A stretch of 64,000 bases of DNA from Turneriella sp. (GCA_965279515.1 CBDIID010000003.1:1824001-1888000), one strand, 5' to 3'; counted from the stretch's first letter, positions 9,990-19,918 are shown. Notes: generated by a model not told the origin, from the letters alone. Program-made: numbers and translations.

Positions 9990-11255
9990 TTGAGGAACTT
10001 CTTTCAATATCTCTCGCTATTGCCCGCCTTGGCAGCCTTGCTATCGCAGCCACTCTTTGCGGATATCGCCAGCCGCAACTATTTACCCATCGGAGACAGG
10101 TCGGCCTTATTAGCGAATACCGCTGCGGCGGATGACCAAACTGCGATGGGAGTCCTTTTTAATCCCGGAACCCTCGCGTTTGCAAAAAAGAACAAGATTG
10201 CCTTAAGCGGCAGTCTGTATTTCAAGTATTCCGTTACCTATGACCCTTACCCTGTATACCAGACTTTCGGACAGGGCATAACTTTTACGGGATTTAATTC
10301 TATTCCCAGTTCCGTCGTTTCACTGTTCCGGTTCGGCTCGCATGTGCTTGCTATTTCTGTGCTTATCCCTGATTTTTCGGAAGTGAGTGCTGTGCAACGC
10401 ATCGAGCAGCCAGGCATTTCGGGGGTAATGCAACTCAATGCGCGCGAACAAGACCTGTGGATCGGAGGGAGCTGGAGTTTTCGCCTCACGGAACGTTTTT
10501 CGCTGGGGTCAACGGTTTTTAGCACCCACTATTCCCGCTATACCGCCAGCAACTTACAGGCTGAAATTTTATCGCCCTCTGGCACATCGCACATTGGCAG
10601 AACTGAAACCACAGATGCCACTGCCCACTCTGTGATCCTAGTCGGCGGAATATATTTTCAGCCCACTGCCTCCCTCGCGTTCGGATTAAAAGGCACTGCC
10701 CCTAGTTTTCGCATCAGCGGTTCGGGAGATTATTTTCTTCAGGACAAAGCGATATCGGGCACAACCGTAACCGCCGATACTCAGGAACGCATTGCTTCGA
10801 CATTTTATTACTCACGGCCCGCAGATTTCTCGCTCGGCGCCAGATACACAATGGGCATCATTTCCTGCTACCTGGATCTTGGCCTGCAATTACCGATTTC
10901 TTACGATGAATTTCCCGGCTCTACCAGGCCACAACGATTCAGTCGCAGCTATTTGCCGAAGGTTTCAGCAGGCTTTGATATCGCTCTGCATAAAAGTTTC
11001 AGTATTCTTTCGGGAATAAGCTGGATACCTTCTGCGCAAGCCCCTCTCGAAACGCGCTCCGAATCCAGATACCGTGTTAACGACATTATGGGCACAGTGG
11101 GGCTCGTCTTTGCAGACGGCTTTCTCAGAATGGGGTTAGGCGGTTTTGCAGTGTTTGGTTCGGGGCGGCAAGTTATAGATCCCACCAACAATACCTCAGG
11201 GTCGATGACCATCACGGGCTATGGTGCCCTCTTAAGCTCTGCCTATGAATTTTGA
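9990..11255 (+). CDS. Outer-membrane beta-barrel, FadL/OmpP1-like
   Basis: Signal peptide; GDRSALLANT...FNPGTLA resembles the FadL-family hatch NPA motif; C-terminal YEF. Confidence 0.6.
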   Translation: MRNFFQYLSLLPALAALLSQPLFADIASRNYLPIGDRSALLANTAAADDQTAMGVLFNPGTLAFAKKNKIALSGSLYFKYSVTYDPYPVYQTFGQGITFTGFNSIPSSVVSLFRFGSHVLAISVLIPDFSEVSAVQRIEQPGISGVMQLNAREQDLWIGGSWSFRLTERFSLGSTVFSTHYSRYTASNLQAEILSPSGTSHIGRTETTDATAHSVILVGGIYFQPTASLAFGLKGTAPSFRISGSGDYFLQDKAISGTTVTADTQERIASTFYYSRPADFSLGARYTMGIISCYLDLGLQLPISYDEFPGSTRPQRFSRSYLPKVSAGFDIALHKSFSILSGISWIPSAQAPLETRSESRYRVNDIMGTVGLVFADGFLRMGLGGFAVFGSGRQVIDPTNNTSGSMTITGYGALLSSAYEF

Positions 11256-11317
11256 CATGGTCATATGCCTTTTTTGATTGGCGAAGTCTCAAGCGTTTCT
11301 GAAAGGTCAGGTTAGCG

Positions 11318-11584
11318 ATGATACGTTTCATAACCGATAGACTTTCCCTGACAATCCTAGCCCTGTTGCTGACGGGCTCTCAGCTTTCGGCCCAAGGCGC
11401 ACCGGATGCGTCCGGGGCGGAACAGAACATCGGAACTGCAGAGAAAGAAGGAAAAAAGGACAATGTGGATTCTGCAAAGTCCCGTCGCTCGAAAAATCGT
11501 GCTACCAAGCGCAAAGAGCGCAGCCACGACCGTAAAGAGCGCCGTGCAGCGCATAAAAGAAACCGCAGGCAGGGTATAGATTGA
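11318..11584 (+). CDS. Small secreted protein with Arg/Lys-rich tail
   Basis: Signal peptide ending LSA-Q; stop overlaps the next start. Confidence 0.55.
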   Translation: MIRFITDRLSLTILALLLTGSQLSAQGAPDASGAEQNIGTAEKEGKKDNVDSAKSRRSKNRATKRKERSHDRKERRAAHKRNRRQGID

Positions 11585-12489
11585 AAGCAAAACTTTATTA
11601 TTCCGCAGGGCTGATCTTACTTTCGATGTCCCCGGTTTTTTCGGATATTGGTGAATTGCCCATCGGCGGAAAAGTCGGTATCAGCGCAGAACGCGTGGCG
11701 ACGGAAGATCTCCAGTATTATCCGTTCAGCGCCTATGCCAAGATCGATTATAACGGCCTCGACACTTTTACCCCTTATACACGCCTGAAATATACGGGTA
11801 ACAGGCGTATCTTCGACGGTTTGGGCAATATCGAGACCATCGGCGTGATGGATTCTTATCTGGGTACAGAATGGGATCCAAACGATGATTTTACTTTTGA
11901 AGGTTTTTACCGCTTCGGTTTCGGCACGAGCAGCTTCCTCGCGCACGAAGGCTCGCTGGGTTCGACGTATACAGGAATCAGCCTCGCCGATTTTTCGATC
12001 AGTGCCAACTACGTCGCGGCGTCTTATATTTACCCCGGAACCACGACCCGGCTGAATATGGAAACGTTTTCTCCCGACGCCGATGTGTCGTTCCATATAA
12101 CGGATTCGTTACTCTTACCTGTGGGAGTCGAATACTCATTGATACAATACAGCACTTCAGATCCCTACTCTATCTGGACCGGGCATCTGGGATTCGACTG
12201 GGACCTGAACGAAAAAATAAATTTCGCTTCGAATATCCAGGGTGGCCGGGATTCGAGCAACTACACGGTTTGGGGTTTTGACGCTGAAATCAGCTATAAG
12301 TTCTGGAAGGCGATGACCCTTACGGTTTCAGTGGACTATATTCAGTATTTAGACAGCGTCGCATTGCGCGGGGGCAAGGGTAAAAAGAGCCTGAGTTCAG
12401 GCAATATCGGCGGAAAGAACAACCCACTGGGGAGCGACGACACCTTCTCGTATTTCACTTTAGGCGCAGAAATCAGTTACGCATTCTGA
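11581..12489 (+). CDS. Outer-membrane beta-barrel protein
   Basis: Signal peptide, amphipathic strands, C-terminal LGAEISYAF (BAM beta-signal). Confidence 0.7.
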   Translation: MKAKLYYSAGLILLSMSPVFSDIGELPIGGKVGISAERVATEDLQYYPFSAYAKIDYNGLDTFTPYTRLKYTGNRRIFDGLGNIETIGVMDSYLGTEWDPNDDFTFEGFYRFGFGTSSFLAHEGSLGSTYTGISLADFSISANYVAASYIYPGTTTRLNMETFSPDADVSFHITDSLLLPVGVEYSLIQYSTSDPYSIWTGHLGFDWDLNEKINFASNIQGGRDSSNYTVWGFDAEISYKFWKAMTLTVSVDYIQYLDSVALRGGKGKKSLSSGNIGGKNNPLGSDDTFSYFTLGAEISYAF

Positions 12490-12523
12490 CATTTTGACGC
12501 GGAGGCAGGCGCGGGGATAGACC

Positions 12524-13447
12524 ATCAAAAACATTCTTTGCGCGCTTATTGCTTTGTGTTTCGCCTGCGGAACGAAAACCTTCACAAATGATAAGCCGAT
12601 CACTCAGCGCATCGTGTATGTGCTTCCCGAAGCCTTGCCTGCTCCCTATGCGTGGCGCGTCCACGATCGGCCCGTTAGCACCGCGGTCTGGGTCGGCTAC
12701 CGCTGGGATAAAAAAGGTGCGCTGACCGCGGCCGAAGGCAAACGCATCACCGCGGAAGTTAAAAAAAATCCACAACTCGAACACCATTTGCTTTTGGGAA
12801 TTAAGAATACCCCAGCCGGGGTTAAGCTATTGACGCAGGGGGATATCCGCCATCGCGCCATACAAGCGCTGAACAATGTCTTGCGCACGATGCCCGGTAT
12901 CCGGGGTATACAATTGGATTTTGAATATTTGTCGCCGGCCCACGCCGATGCCTATGTCTCTTTCCTGATTACCCTGAAACAAAGTATCTCGCCGAAATTA
13001 AGAATCTCTGCTGCCGTATTTCCGCCCGTCGGGATGCCGACTGCATGGAGTGCCTTCCATAAATTACCCGAAATCGCTGCTGCCGCAGACGGCATTGTCG
13101 TCATGCTCTACGATTACCACAGGCAGGGGACAAAACCCGGCTGCGTGAGTGGCCTGCACTGGCTCGATGAAAATACGGCCATTCTGGCTAAGCTACCGCG
13201 TGACAAAGTCTGGCTCGGAGCGCCGCTCTACGGCTACAAATTTGCGCAGAAGAGGGCCACGGCAATCAGTTATAAAGGTTTTCAAAGAATTCCAGCGGCA
13301 GAAAATACGGCAGACGGCTGCCGCATGAAAACGACATCTAAGAACACAGCCTATTATCCCGCACCGGAACTCTATGAGCACTATGATGCGCTCACCCATA
13401 AATATGGTTTTGCCGGTGTCGCGTATTGGCGAGCAGGACTCGAATGA
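12524..13447 (+). CDS. Glycoside hydrolase family 18-like lipoprotein; start uncertain (ATC 12524 or TTG 12554)
   Basis: GIQLDFEY, VMLYDY, LGAPLYGY, GVAYWRAG. The lipoprotein signal is complete only if the gene starts at 12524. Confidence 0.75.
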   Translation: MKNILCALIALCFACGTKTFTNDKPITQRIVYVLPEALPAPYAWRVHDRPVSTAVWVGYRWDKKGALTAAEGKRITAEVKKNPQLEHHLLLGIKNTPAGVKLLTQGDIRHRAIQALNNVLRTMPGIRGIQLDFEYLSPAHADAYVSFLITLKQSISPKLRISAAVFPPVGMPTAWSAFHKLPEIAAAADGIVVMLYDYHRQGTKPGCVSGLHWLDENTAILAKLPRDKVWLGAPLYGYKFAQKRATAISYKGFQRIPAAENTADGCRMKTTSKNTAYYPAPELYEHYDALTHKYGFAGVAYWRAGLE

Positions 13448-14388
13448 AGCTTGCAATCATCGGTGACATGCACATGCAGTTCGATGAAGAAGACGTGCGC
13501 TTCTTCAATGCCTCGGACTACGATGCAATCCTGATGGTCGGAGATCTCGCTTCCAAAAACCCCGACAGCATGTTTCGGCTTTTGCCCTTGTTGAACCAGC
13601 TCACCAAACCCTCCTACTTTATCCCCGGCAACCACGACACAACCGGCGTACGACAACTGTTGGGCGAGCTGATGCACAATGAGACACTCATTCATTTCGG
13701 CGCAGCATCGCAAGACAGCCGTATGGCGCGCCTCAAAACCGAAATGACAGGCCCGGTCCTCTGTGGTTATTCAACGCACGATCTCGGCGCTTTGCGTCTC
13801 GTCTGCGCGCGGCCGTTTTCGATGGGTGACAGCAATGCCAATAAGACAGATCAGCCGCTGGATTTACCTGTGAACTTCAGGCCGTTTCTGCAAAAAGAAT
13901 ACGGGATCAAAACCCTCGGCGACAGTGCCGCTAAAATCAAAAGCCTCATCGACGCAGTAAATCCCCCCTATGTCATTATGGCACACCACGGGCCATTCGG
14001 GCTCGGGGCGAAGTCAACCGATATGTTCGGCGCCGATTTTTTGCCGGAAGAAACCGACTTTGGCGACCACGATTTAAGCGAAGCTGTCACTTACGCACAG
14101 ACGATCAAAAAACCGCCGCTCGCTGTGATTGCCGGTCATATGCATTACCCGACGAAGCATGGCAAAAAACCGAAGCAGTGGTGGCTCGAGCGCGACAACA
14201 TTCTCTACATCAACGCAGCGCGCTGGCCGCGGATTTTTAAGCATGAGGGTGACACGCTGCGGCACCATGTGCGGCTGACGATCGATATGCGACAGAAGGT
14301 CGTGAGCGAGGCGTGTTATGTCGCGGGTGATGCCATTCAAACGACGACCGATCACCGGGCGACACTGCCCCAGGCCAGGCCGGTTTAA
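13444..14388 (+). CDS. Calcineurin-like metallophosphoesterase
   Basis: GDMH, VGD, PGNHD, AHHGP, AGHMH; ATGA overlap with the GH18 gene. Confidence 0.9.
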   Translation: MKLAIIGDMHMQFDEEDVRFFNASDYDAILMVGDLASKNPDSMFRLLPLLNQLTKPSYFIPGNHDTTGVRQLLGELMHNETLIHFGAASQDSRMARLKTEMTGPVLCGYSTHDLGALRLVCARPFSMGDSNANKTDQPLDLPVNFRPFLQKEYGIKTLGDSAAKIKSLIDAVNPPYVIMAHHGPFGLGAKSTDMFGADFLPEETDFGDHDLSEAVTYAQTIKKPPLAVIAGHMHYPTKHGKKPKQWWLERDNILYINAARWPRIFKHEGDTLRHHVRLTIDMRQKVVSEACYVAGDAIQTTTDHRATLPQARPV

Positions 14389-15083
14389 ATCGCTTTTCCG
14401 CCGTGCGTGCGCGCTCTCAATGCTTTCAGAAATTGCTCCATTTCCACGACGCGTTGCTGGGCCTCTGTTTTTGCGGCCTGCGTGAAGAGCTTACCGGGAA
14501 GTTCTTTCTGAAATTTTTCCAAAGTGGCAGCGGCATCTGCCAATGTCGGCGCCCAGCGATGATTTCCCGTAACGGCAAGAATTCTTGCTACCCCAATGGC
14601 GCCCAGGAAGTCGAGCGTATCGGCATCGTGGAAAACGCGTGCCTCGGCTGAATGACCCACCTCGCTATAGAACATATGGCTGCGCATGGCCTCTTGCACG
14701 CGGGAAAATTTCGCCATCGGAAAGCCTGCCGTCTTTAAGATTTCCTCAGCGACCTGCGCGGCCCGTTCGGTATGGTCTACACCATCCTTTCGGTACGGAG
14801 TGAACACACCTATATCGTGCAAGAAGGCAGCGGCAAAGAGTACATCCGCATCGACAGTAAGTTTTTCATGCAAGGCAAGGCTCATCGCCAACTGGTAATT
14901 GCGCTCACAATGCGCAATACCCCATGACGGGTGCTGCAGCTTTTCGCGGGAGAATTTGTATACCGCTGTTTTCCATGGTGTGTCGAGTGCGATACCCGAA
15001 GCGGTTTGCTGAATAGGTTCGGCGGCGATCAGGGTCGTGGTCAGAAAACAAAGCAGGAAAAAGGTGGGTCTGATTCGATTCAT
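14385..15083 (-). CDS. HD-domain phosphohydrolase with signal peptide
   Basis: AHCER, AAFLHDIG, DH, HDADTLDFLG; N-terminus MNRIRPTFFLLCFLTTTLIAA. Confidence 0.85.
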   Translation of the reverse strand: MNRIRPTFFLLCFLTTTLIAAEPIQQTASGIALDTPWKTAVYKFSREKLQHPSWGIAHCERNYQLAMSLALHEKLTVDADVLFAAAFLHDIGVFTPYRKDGVDHTERAAQVAEEILKTAGFPMAKFSRVQEAMRSHMFYSEVGHSAEARVFHDADTLDFLGAIGVARILAVTGNHRWAPTLADAAATLEKFQKELPGKLFTQAAKTEAQQRVVEMEQFLKALRARTHGGKAI

Positions 15084-15113
15084 ACCCAAACTTATTTACG
15101 GAACATAATTTCG

Positions 15114-17777
15114 TCAAAAATTTTCAGGGCCCCCTTTGTTGGAAGCGACAGGCTGAGGAAACAGCACCGAGATCGAGAAGGATTGCCCCGCAACGGAAGC
15201 AACCTCCATCTTGCCCTGCGCTGATGCGACCATCTTGGCAACGATATCCATTCCCACGCCGCGGCCGCCATGCATGCTGGTCTCGACGCTGGTACTGACC
15301 GAAGGCTCAAAAATCAGCTGCACTGCTTCCGTATCGGACATGCGGTCTGCCTGCGCCGGTGTCAGGCGGTTCATTTTCAACGCCTCTTCTTTAAGGCGCC
15401 GGATATTTACCCCGCGGCCATCATCGCTGTATTGCAATTGAATTCCGTCTTTTCCCTGTTGGATGGACATCGATATCGTGCCGGCCTCTTGTTTTCCGGC
15501 TCCTTTTCTCGCCTCGGTAGATTCTATCCCGTGCACGGCAGAATTTCGCACCAATTGTACAAAAATGTCTTTAATAATCTTCCGCAATTCCCTGGGTACG
15601 ACCTTAAAATCAAAACCCGAAGTGTCGATTTCCACCTTTTGATCGGAACGCAGTACTTTTTCCATATTTTTCCGAACGGCGGTGACGAAAATTGCCAGGG
15701 GATCCGCGACGCGGGTTTCAATACCACTCTGGAATCGCCGGATTTTCTCCTGGAAATCAAAAATTTCCTCAATTCCTGTGCGCAACTGGTAAACAAACCG
15801 GCTGAGCTGGGAAAGTTCATCCAGGCGCAGCGCCTCTTTCCCGAGCAGGGCCTGCAGATGCTCCTCAAATACGTGCGCCTGTTCGCTGATGATGGTGAGT
15901 TGCAGGATGCCTGCCTCTCCCTTCACCGTGTGTACGGAACGAAAGACCTCTTGCAGCAGGGGCTTAAGCGCGGTGGACTGCGAATCATTTAATAATTCGA
16001 TGGCATGTTCGACATTTTCAATTTCCAGCAGCGAATCTTCGATGAACATCTCGAGCATTTTCGGATCGACATGAAGAATGCTGAAAAAATTGGCCCGGGA
16101 CTTTTGCAGACTGTCCTCTGCTTCAATGACGCGGCGACTCAACTCGGTTTCCGCTGTCACATCGCGCACCACCCCGAGCAAAAACTCGACATTGGAGTCT
16201 ACGAGTACGCGCTGAAAATAGAATTCCAGGTATTTTATCTGCAGCTCATCTTTGGCAGCCTGGACGGTCATTTCCACTTTATCAATGGGGTTGAGTTCAA
16301 TGAACATCTGCTCCGAAATAGAGTTCTTAAAACCGAGTTCGAGATAGGATGTCAGGGATTTCAGTTTTTCTTTCGTCAGGGATTTTGCGAGAATCTCATT
16401 TAGAGTACGACCCGCAATCACGGATTCCGAAAAGATAATCTTCGTCGCCTCTGAGAACTGCGTGGCTAGCTGCAGGTTGCGGCCGATGAGAAAGATTCCG
16501 TCGTTGACTGAAGATAAAATCGAATCAGATTCTGATTTTGCCAGCAACAATGCCTGGTTTTTTGAGGCAATGGAAGCGACCATACTGTTAAACGACTGCG
16601 ACAGCAGGCTGATTTCATTTTTGCCCGCGGCCTTTACCCTGACGGATAAATCACCCGCCGCAATTTGCCCGGCAGCTACCGAAAGGTCTGTAATGGGAAC
16701 AGACACCGATTGCGCCAGGCGGAAGCTGAATAATGTCGTCGCGAGAATAATTGCCAGAGCGGTGAAAATAATGAAAAACAGCCGCCAGCGCGTATCCCCG
16801 GAAAACTTACCCAGCTGAGCGGCGAGAAATGAAGAACCTTCAAGGTTTATTTCCTTCAGCGTCAGGGTTATGTCATGAAAATACAGTCCCAGGATCTCGA
16901 GTTCGGCCCGTGCCTCTTGTTTTTTTCCCGTTGCCAGCAGGGTAAATATTTCCCGCGACAGATCGCGCACTGAGTTGAGGGAAATCGCGGCGTCTGCAAG
17001 ACTCTCTTTCTGATTCTTCTGGCTTGTTTGAGTTATGAGATCTTCGAGCATAAACTTCATGCCATTCCACTGCGAATCAAACAAACCCGATTGATCCGTT
17101 TTGCCATAAACTACGGCCTGTTCGATGGTGCGCGAAAGCTCCAGTTGTTTCTGGCGGCTTTCCGTCAGCCGTCTGAAGAAGTCCATCCGTTGTATACCAA
17201 CAGGAGTATCGCTGCCCAGCTGGGCGCCTGCGCTGGTACTGATGAGCGTGTCTTCCATTTCGCGCGAAAGCTGCGCCATGGCGTCCTTGAACAACACCGT
17301 CAGGTCCCAGAAAACGACATCCAGGACTGCCGATTCTTCAAGCGCAGCCTTCGCTGCGCCGTTTTCCAGCTGCTCGGCGATACTTTGTGCCGGAGCATCG
17401 ATTTCTTTTATCTGATTCTGAACACCGCAGATCGGGTTTCCCGGTTTGTTATCCTTACAATCTTCGGGGAGATAAGGGGCAAGCCCCACCACTTCTGATT
17501 TGAGGATATTCAGCCGGGCCTGGGCCGATTTGAATTGCTCCTTATCGGCCGACGCCACCGCCTGAAAAACATCACGGATCAGCACACTTGTCTGTTCATG
17601 AACTTCAGACAGTTTGGTAAAATATTCCGCTTGCTTGTTGAGCCGTGTCGTGCTCTTTAAGAGCCGGTTCACCGGAATGAACAACAATGCGCTCACGATC
17701 AGGTACATACCCGCAACAAACCCCGCGAGCAGGTAGAGCCTTTGTTTTATGGAGAGGTTGGCCAGTAAAGAGCGCAT
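15114..17777 (-). CDS. Transmembrane CheA-like sensor kinase (periplasmic helical sensor-HAMP-PAS-like-Hpt-HATPase; no CheW domain)
   Basis: Two TM helices; HAMP GDLSVRV...NEISLLSQSFNSM; Hpt FRSVHTVKG; CheA-type LVRNSAVHGIE, DDGRG, GGRGVGM; ends right after the ATPase domain. Confidence 0.85.
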   Translation of the reverse strand: MRSLLANLSIKQRLYLLAGFVAGMYLIVSALLFIPVNRLLKSTTRLNKQAEYFTKLSEVHEQTSVLIRDVFQAVASADKEQFKSAQARLNILKSEVVGLAPYLPEDCKDNKPGNPICGVQNQIKEIDAPAQSIAEQLENGAAKAALEESAVLDVVFWDLTVLFKDAMAQLSREMEDTLISTSAGAQLGSDTPVGIQRMDFFRRLTESRQKQLELSRTIEQAVVYGKTDQSGLFDSQWNGMKFMLEDLITQTSQKNQKESLADAAISLNSVRDLSREIFTLLATGKKQEARAELEILGLYFHDITLTLKEINLEGSSFLAAQLGKFSGDTRWRLFFIIFTALAIILATTLFSFRLAQSVSVPITDLSVAAGQIAAGDLSVRVKAAGKNEISLLSQSFNSMVASIASKNQALLLAKSESDSILSSVNDGIFLIGRNLQLATQFSEATKIIFSESVIAGRTLNEILAKSLTKEKLKSLTSYLELGFKNSISEQMFIELNPIDKVEMTVQAAKDELQIKYLEFYFQRVLVDSNVEFLLGVVRDVTAETELSRRVIEAEDSLQKSRANFFSILHVDPKMLEMFIEDSLLEIENVEHAIELLNDSQSTALKPLLQEVFRSVHTVKGEAGILQLTIISEQAHVFEEHLQALLGKEALRLDELSQLSRFVYQLRTGIEEIFDFQEKIRRFQSGIETRVADPLAIFVTAVRKNMEKVLRSDQKVEIDTSGFDFKVVPRELRKIIKDIFVQLVRNSAVHGIESTEARKGAGKQEAGTISMSIQQGKDGIQLQYSDDGRGVNIRRLKEEALKMNRLTPAQADRMSDTEAVQLIFEPSVSTSVETSMHGGRGVGMDIVAKMVASAQGKMEVASVAGQSFSISVLFPQPVASNKGGPENF

Positions 17778-17799
17778 TGTCGTTTCGTTACCCGGAAAT

Positions 17800-18228
17800 T
17801 CAGAGTTCTAAAAGAATCCGTAAGCCTGTTGCGGATTGCCTGTCGACATAACCAATGGCACGCTCAACACGCTTGAGCGCCTTGATCGCCAATTCTTTCG
17901 ATGGCATCGCCTTGGGTTCGCGGATATTGCCCTGTAACTTTTGAGACTGCCAGTATTCCTGCATACTACGGCTGTTTTTCCCGAGCAGTTTCATTTCAAA
18001 CTCTTCACGTAGCCGGGAATTGCCGGGCATGTTCACCGGGATCGCATTGACCCCGTCGATTTGTTTGATTTTCCCGAGGTAGAGGTTGCGGATGTCCGTT
18101 TCGCTGACATTCTTGATCGGCGAATTCGGACTGACAACGACGACCATTCCGCTGCCTGCGGCATATGGGAGTTCTCCGATAAATACCAGGCTTATTAGAA
18201 CGAGAAGCTTTTGCACTTTCTTATTCAT
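17800..18228 (-). CDS. Small periplasmic binding protein (PstS/PBP2-like single domain)
   Basis: Signal peptide; VVVVSPNSP...IRNLYLGK...AIGYVD. Confidence 0.75.
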   Translation of the reverse strand: MNKKVQKLLVLISLVFIGELPYAAGSGMVVVVSPNSPIKNVSETDIRNLYLGKIKQIDGVNAIPVNMPGNSRLREEFEMKLLGKNSRSMQEYWQSQKLQGNIREPKAMPSKELAIKALKRVERAIGYVDRQSATGLRILLEL

Positions 18229-18238
18229 CTTTGACTCC

Positions 18239-19417
18239 TTAAAATAACCAGCTGACATTGATTAAAATGTCGTTACTGATGACGGGTTTTACAGAGTAAA
18301 TATACTCTGCAACGATCTTAACCTGCGTTACAGGCTTAAAGGACAAGTTGGCAATATGCCTTTCCTTGACGGTGCTATCTTTCGTATCCGTACGGAAATC
18401 GTAACGGTAGTAGCTGAAAAGCCGGTCGGTCAGAATATAATAACCCGCCTGACCATAATAACCTTCGTACTCCCGGTTCTTGGTGATTTTCACATAAGCT
18501 GCGGAAAGGTCGATACCCCATTTCTGAACCTGCATATAACCAATGACCGGGGTCTCTATGCCATAAGACAGTTCGTCACTGCGGATAGACGAACCCAGCG
18601 TTAAGTCAACAACGCCAAGGTACTTCATCTGCACATCAGCGTCGATCGCCTTCAGCTTATTGCCGTCGACCCGGTCCGGCTGATCGCCGCGACCGTTCGT
18701 CACATGCGCAGCGTAGGTGAACTCGAACTTGCTGAATGTCTGAATCCCGTTAATGCCGATACCGGTGCCGTTCGTAGGGAAAACATCGTCCCGCATATAA
18801 TCTTTGGTTAAGACGTGAACATTCGGAATCCAGTGGTTCCTGTTGATCAGGCCGTAGGGAGTAAGCAGCTTACCCGCTGAGACTTGAAAGAGATCGTGAA
18901 ACTCGTACTTCACGTACAGGCGTTCAATCTTAATCTCACCACCTGTGCCTTTAATGGTTTGTGGCGTTGAACTTACGCGTACATCCGAACTCTGCAGCAC
19001 GGCCCCATGTTCGTATTCGATCTCACCATAAGCCTGCCAATTTTCCGCGAAACGCGAATTCATAATCAGGTAGAGATGGGCCAGGTCAAAGGTGTTCGCG
19101 TCAGTCTGTTTGTTATGCTTAAAGGCAACGTCGCCCCATGCCAGCCAGTTAAATTTGTTGTCTTTCAACGCATCATCCAGGTCTTTATCTGACTCCGGTT
19201 CAGCAGCGTTATTTTTCGCCTCGGCAGCAACAGGTGCAGCTTCTGTTTTAGCTGTATCTGGCTGCGCTTCGGCCGTAGTTTGTTTTGTCATGACCTCTGC
19301 TTCAGCCGCAGCCGGTGCTTTTCTGGCCACGCCTCTGCGCCGCTTCTTTTGGGCGGGAAAAACCATGCTTGTCAAAACGACAAAAAGCACGGCCATCGAA
19401 AATAAATTTCTAATCAT
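18239..19417 (-). CDS. Porin-like outer-membrane protein
   Basis: Start 19417 after AGGAGG; EIEYEH, IKIERLYV, GKLLTPYG; C-terminal VSWLF. Confidence 0.75.
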   Translation of the reverse strand: MIRNLFSMAVLFVVLTSMVFPAQKKRRRGVARKAPAAAEAEVMTKQTTAEAQPDTAKTEAAPVAAEAKNNAAEPESDKDLDDALKDNKFNWLAWGDVAFKHNKQTDANTFDLAHLYLIMNSRFAENWQAYGEIEYEHGAVLQSSDVRVSSTPQTIKGTGGEIKIERLYVKYEFHDLFQVSAGKLLTPYGLINRNHWIPNVHVLTKDYMRDDVFPTNGTGIGINGIQTFSKFEFTYAAHVTNGRGDQPDRVDGNKLKAIDADVQMKYLGVVDLTLGSSIRSDELSYGIETPVIGYMQVQKWGIDLSAAYVKITKNREYEGYYGQAGYYILTDRLFSYYRYDFRTDTKDSTVKERHIANLSFKPVTQVKIVAEYIYSVKPVISNDILINVSWLF

Positions 19418-19461
19418 GTATCCTCCTGAAATTAAAATCTGTGTTTGAGAAAATCTGTAGA

Positions 19462-19917
19462 CTACGGGTTCACACCCACAACATAGTAGACCAAGTGCGA
19501 CCGCCACGCCACCGCAAAGGTGACGACCGGGGTTTTGATGTTTACGGAACCTTCTTTACCGAAAATCACCGCGGGAATGCTGATTTCAAAGGGTGTTGGC
19601 GTCGACTGCTGGCAGATGCCGCTGATCATGTTCGCCATTTCACCGGTGAGGTCCGCCAACATGTCATCGGTAAGCATATCAGGGCTAAAAGTTTCCTGCC
19701 AGAATTCTTTGAGGAACTCCCGGGTGCAGGTAAAATACGCGCAACCCCGGTAACCGCCTGTCATGCCGATAACACCGGTGATATCCAGGATGCTGCTGCT
19801 GCGAAAATCGTCGTTTCCGTAAACAATAGGAGCTTTGAAGATTGCATCGGTTTTTCCCGCCTGCTCGAAATAGTTTTTGAGGCCCGCACCGAATCCGTCT
19901 ATGATACGCTGATTCAT
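19462..19917 (-). CDS. cheX: CheX-family phosphatase
   Basis: ITGVIGMTG, GEMANMISG (ExxN), ISIPAVIFG. Confidence 0.85.
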   Translation of the reverse strand: MNQRIIDGFGAGLKNYFEQAGKTDAIFKAPIVYGNDDFRSSSILDITGVIGMTGGYRGCAYFTCTREFLKEFWQETFSPDMLTDDMLADLTGEMANMISGICQQSTPTPFEISIPAVIFGKEGSVNIKTPVVTFAVAWRSHLVYYVVGVNP

Positions 19918-19918
19918 C

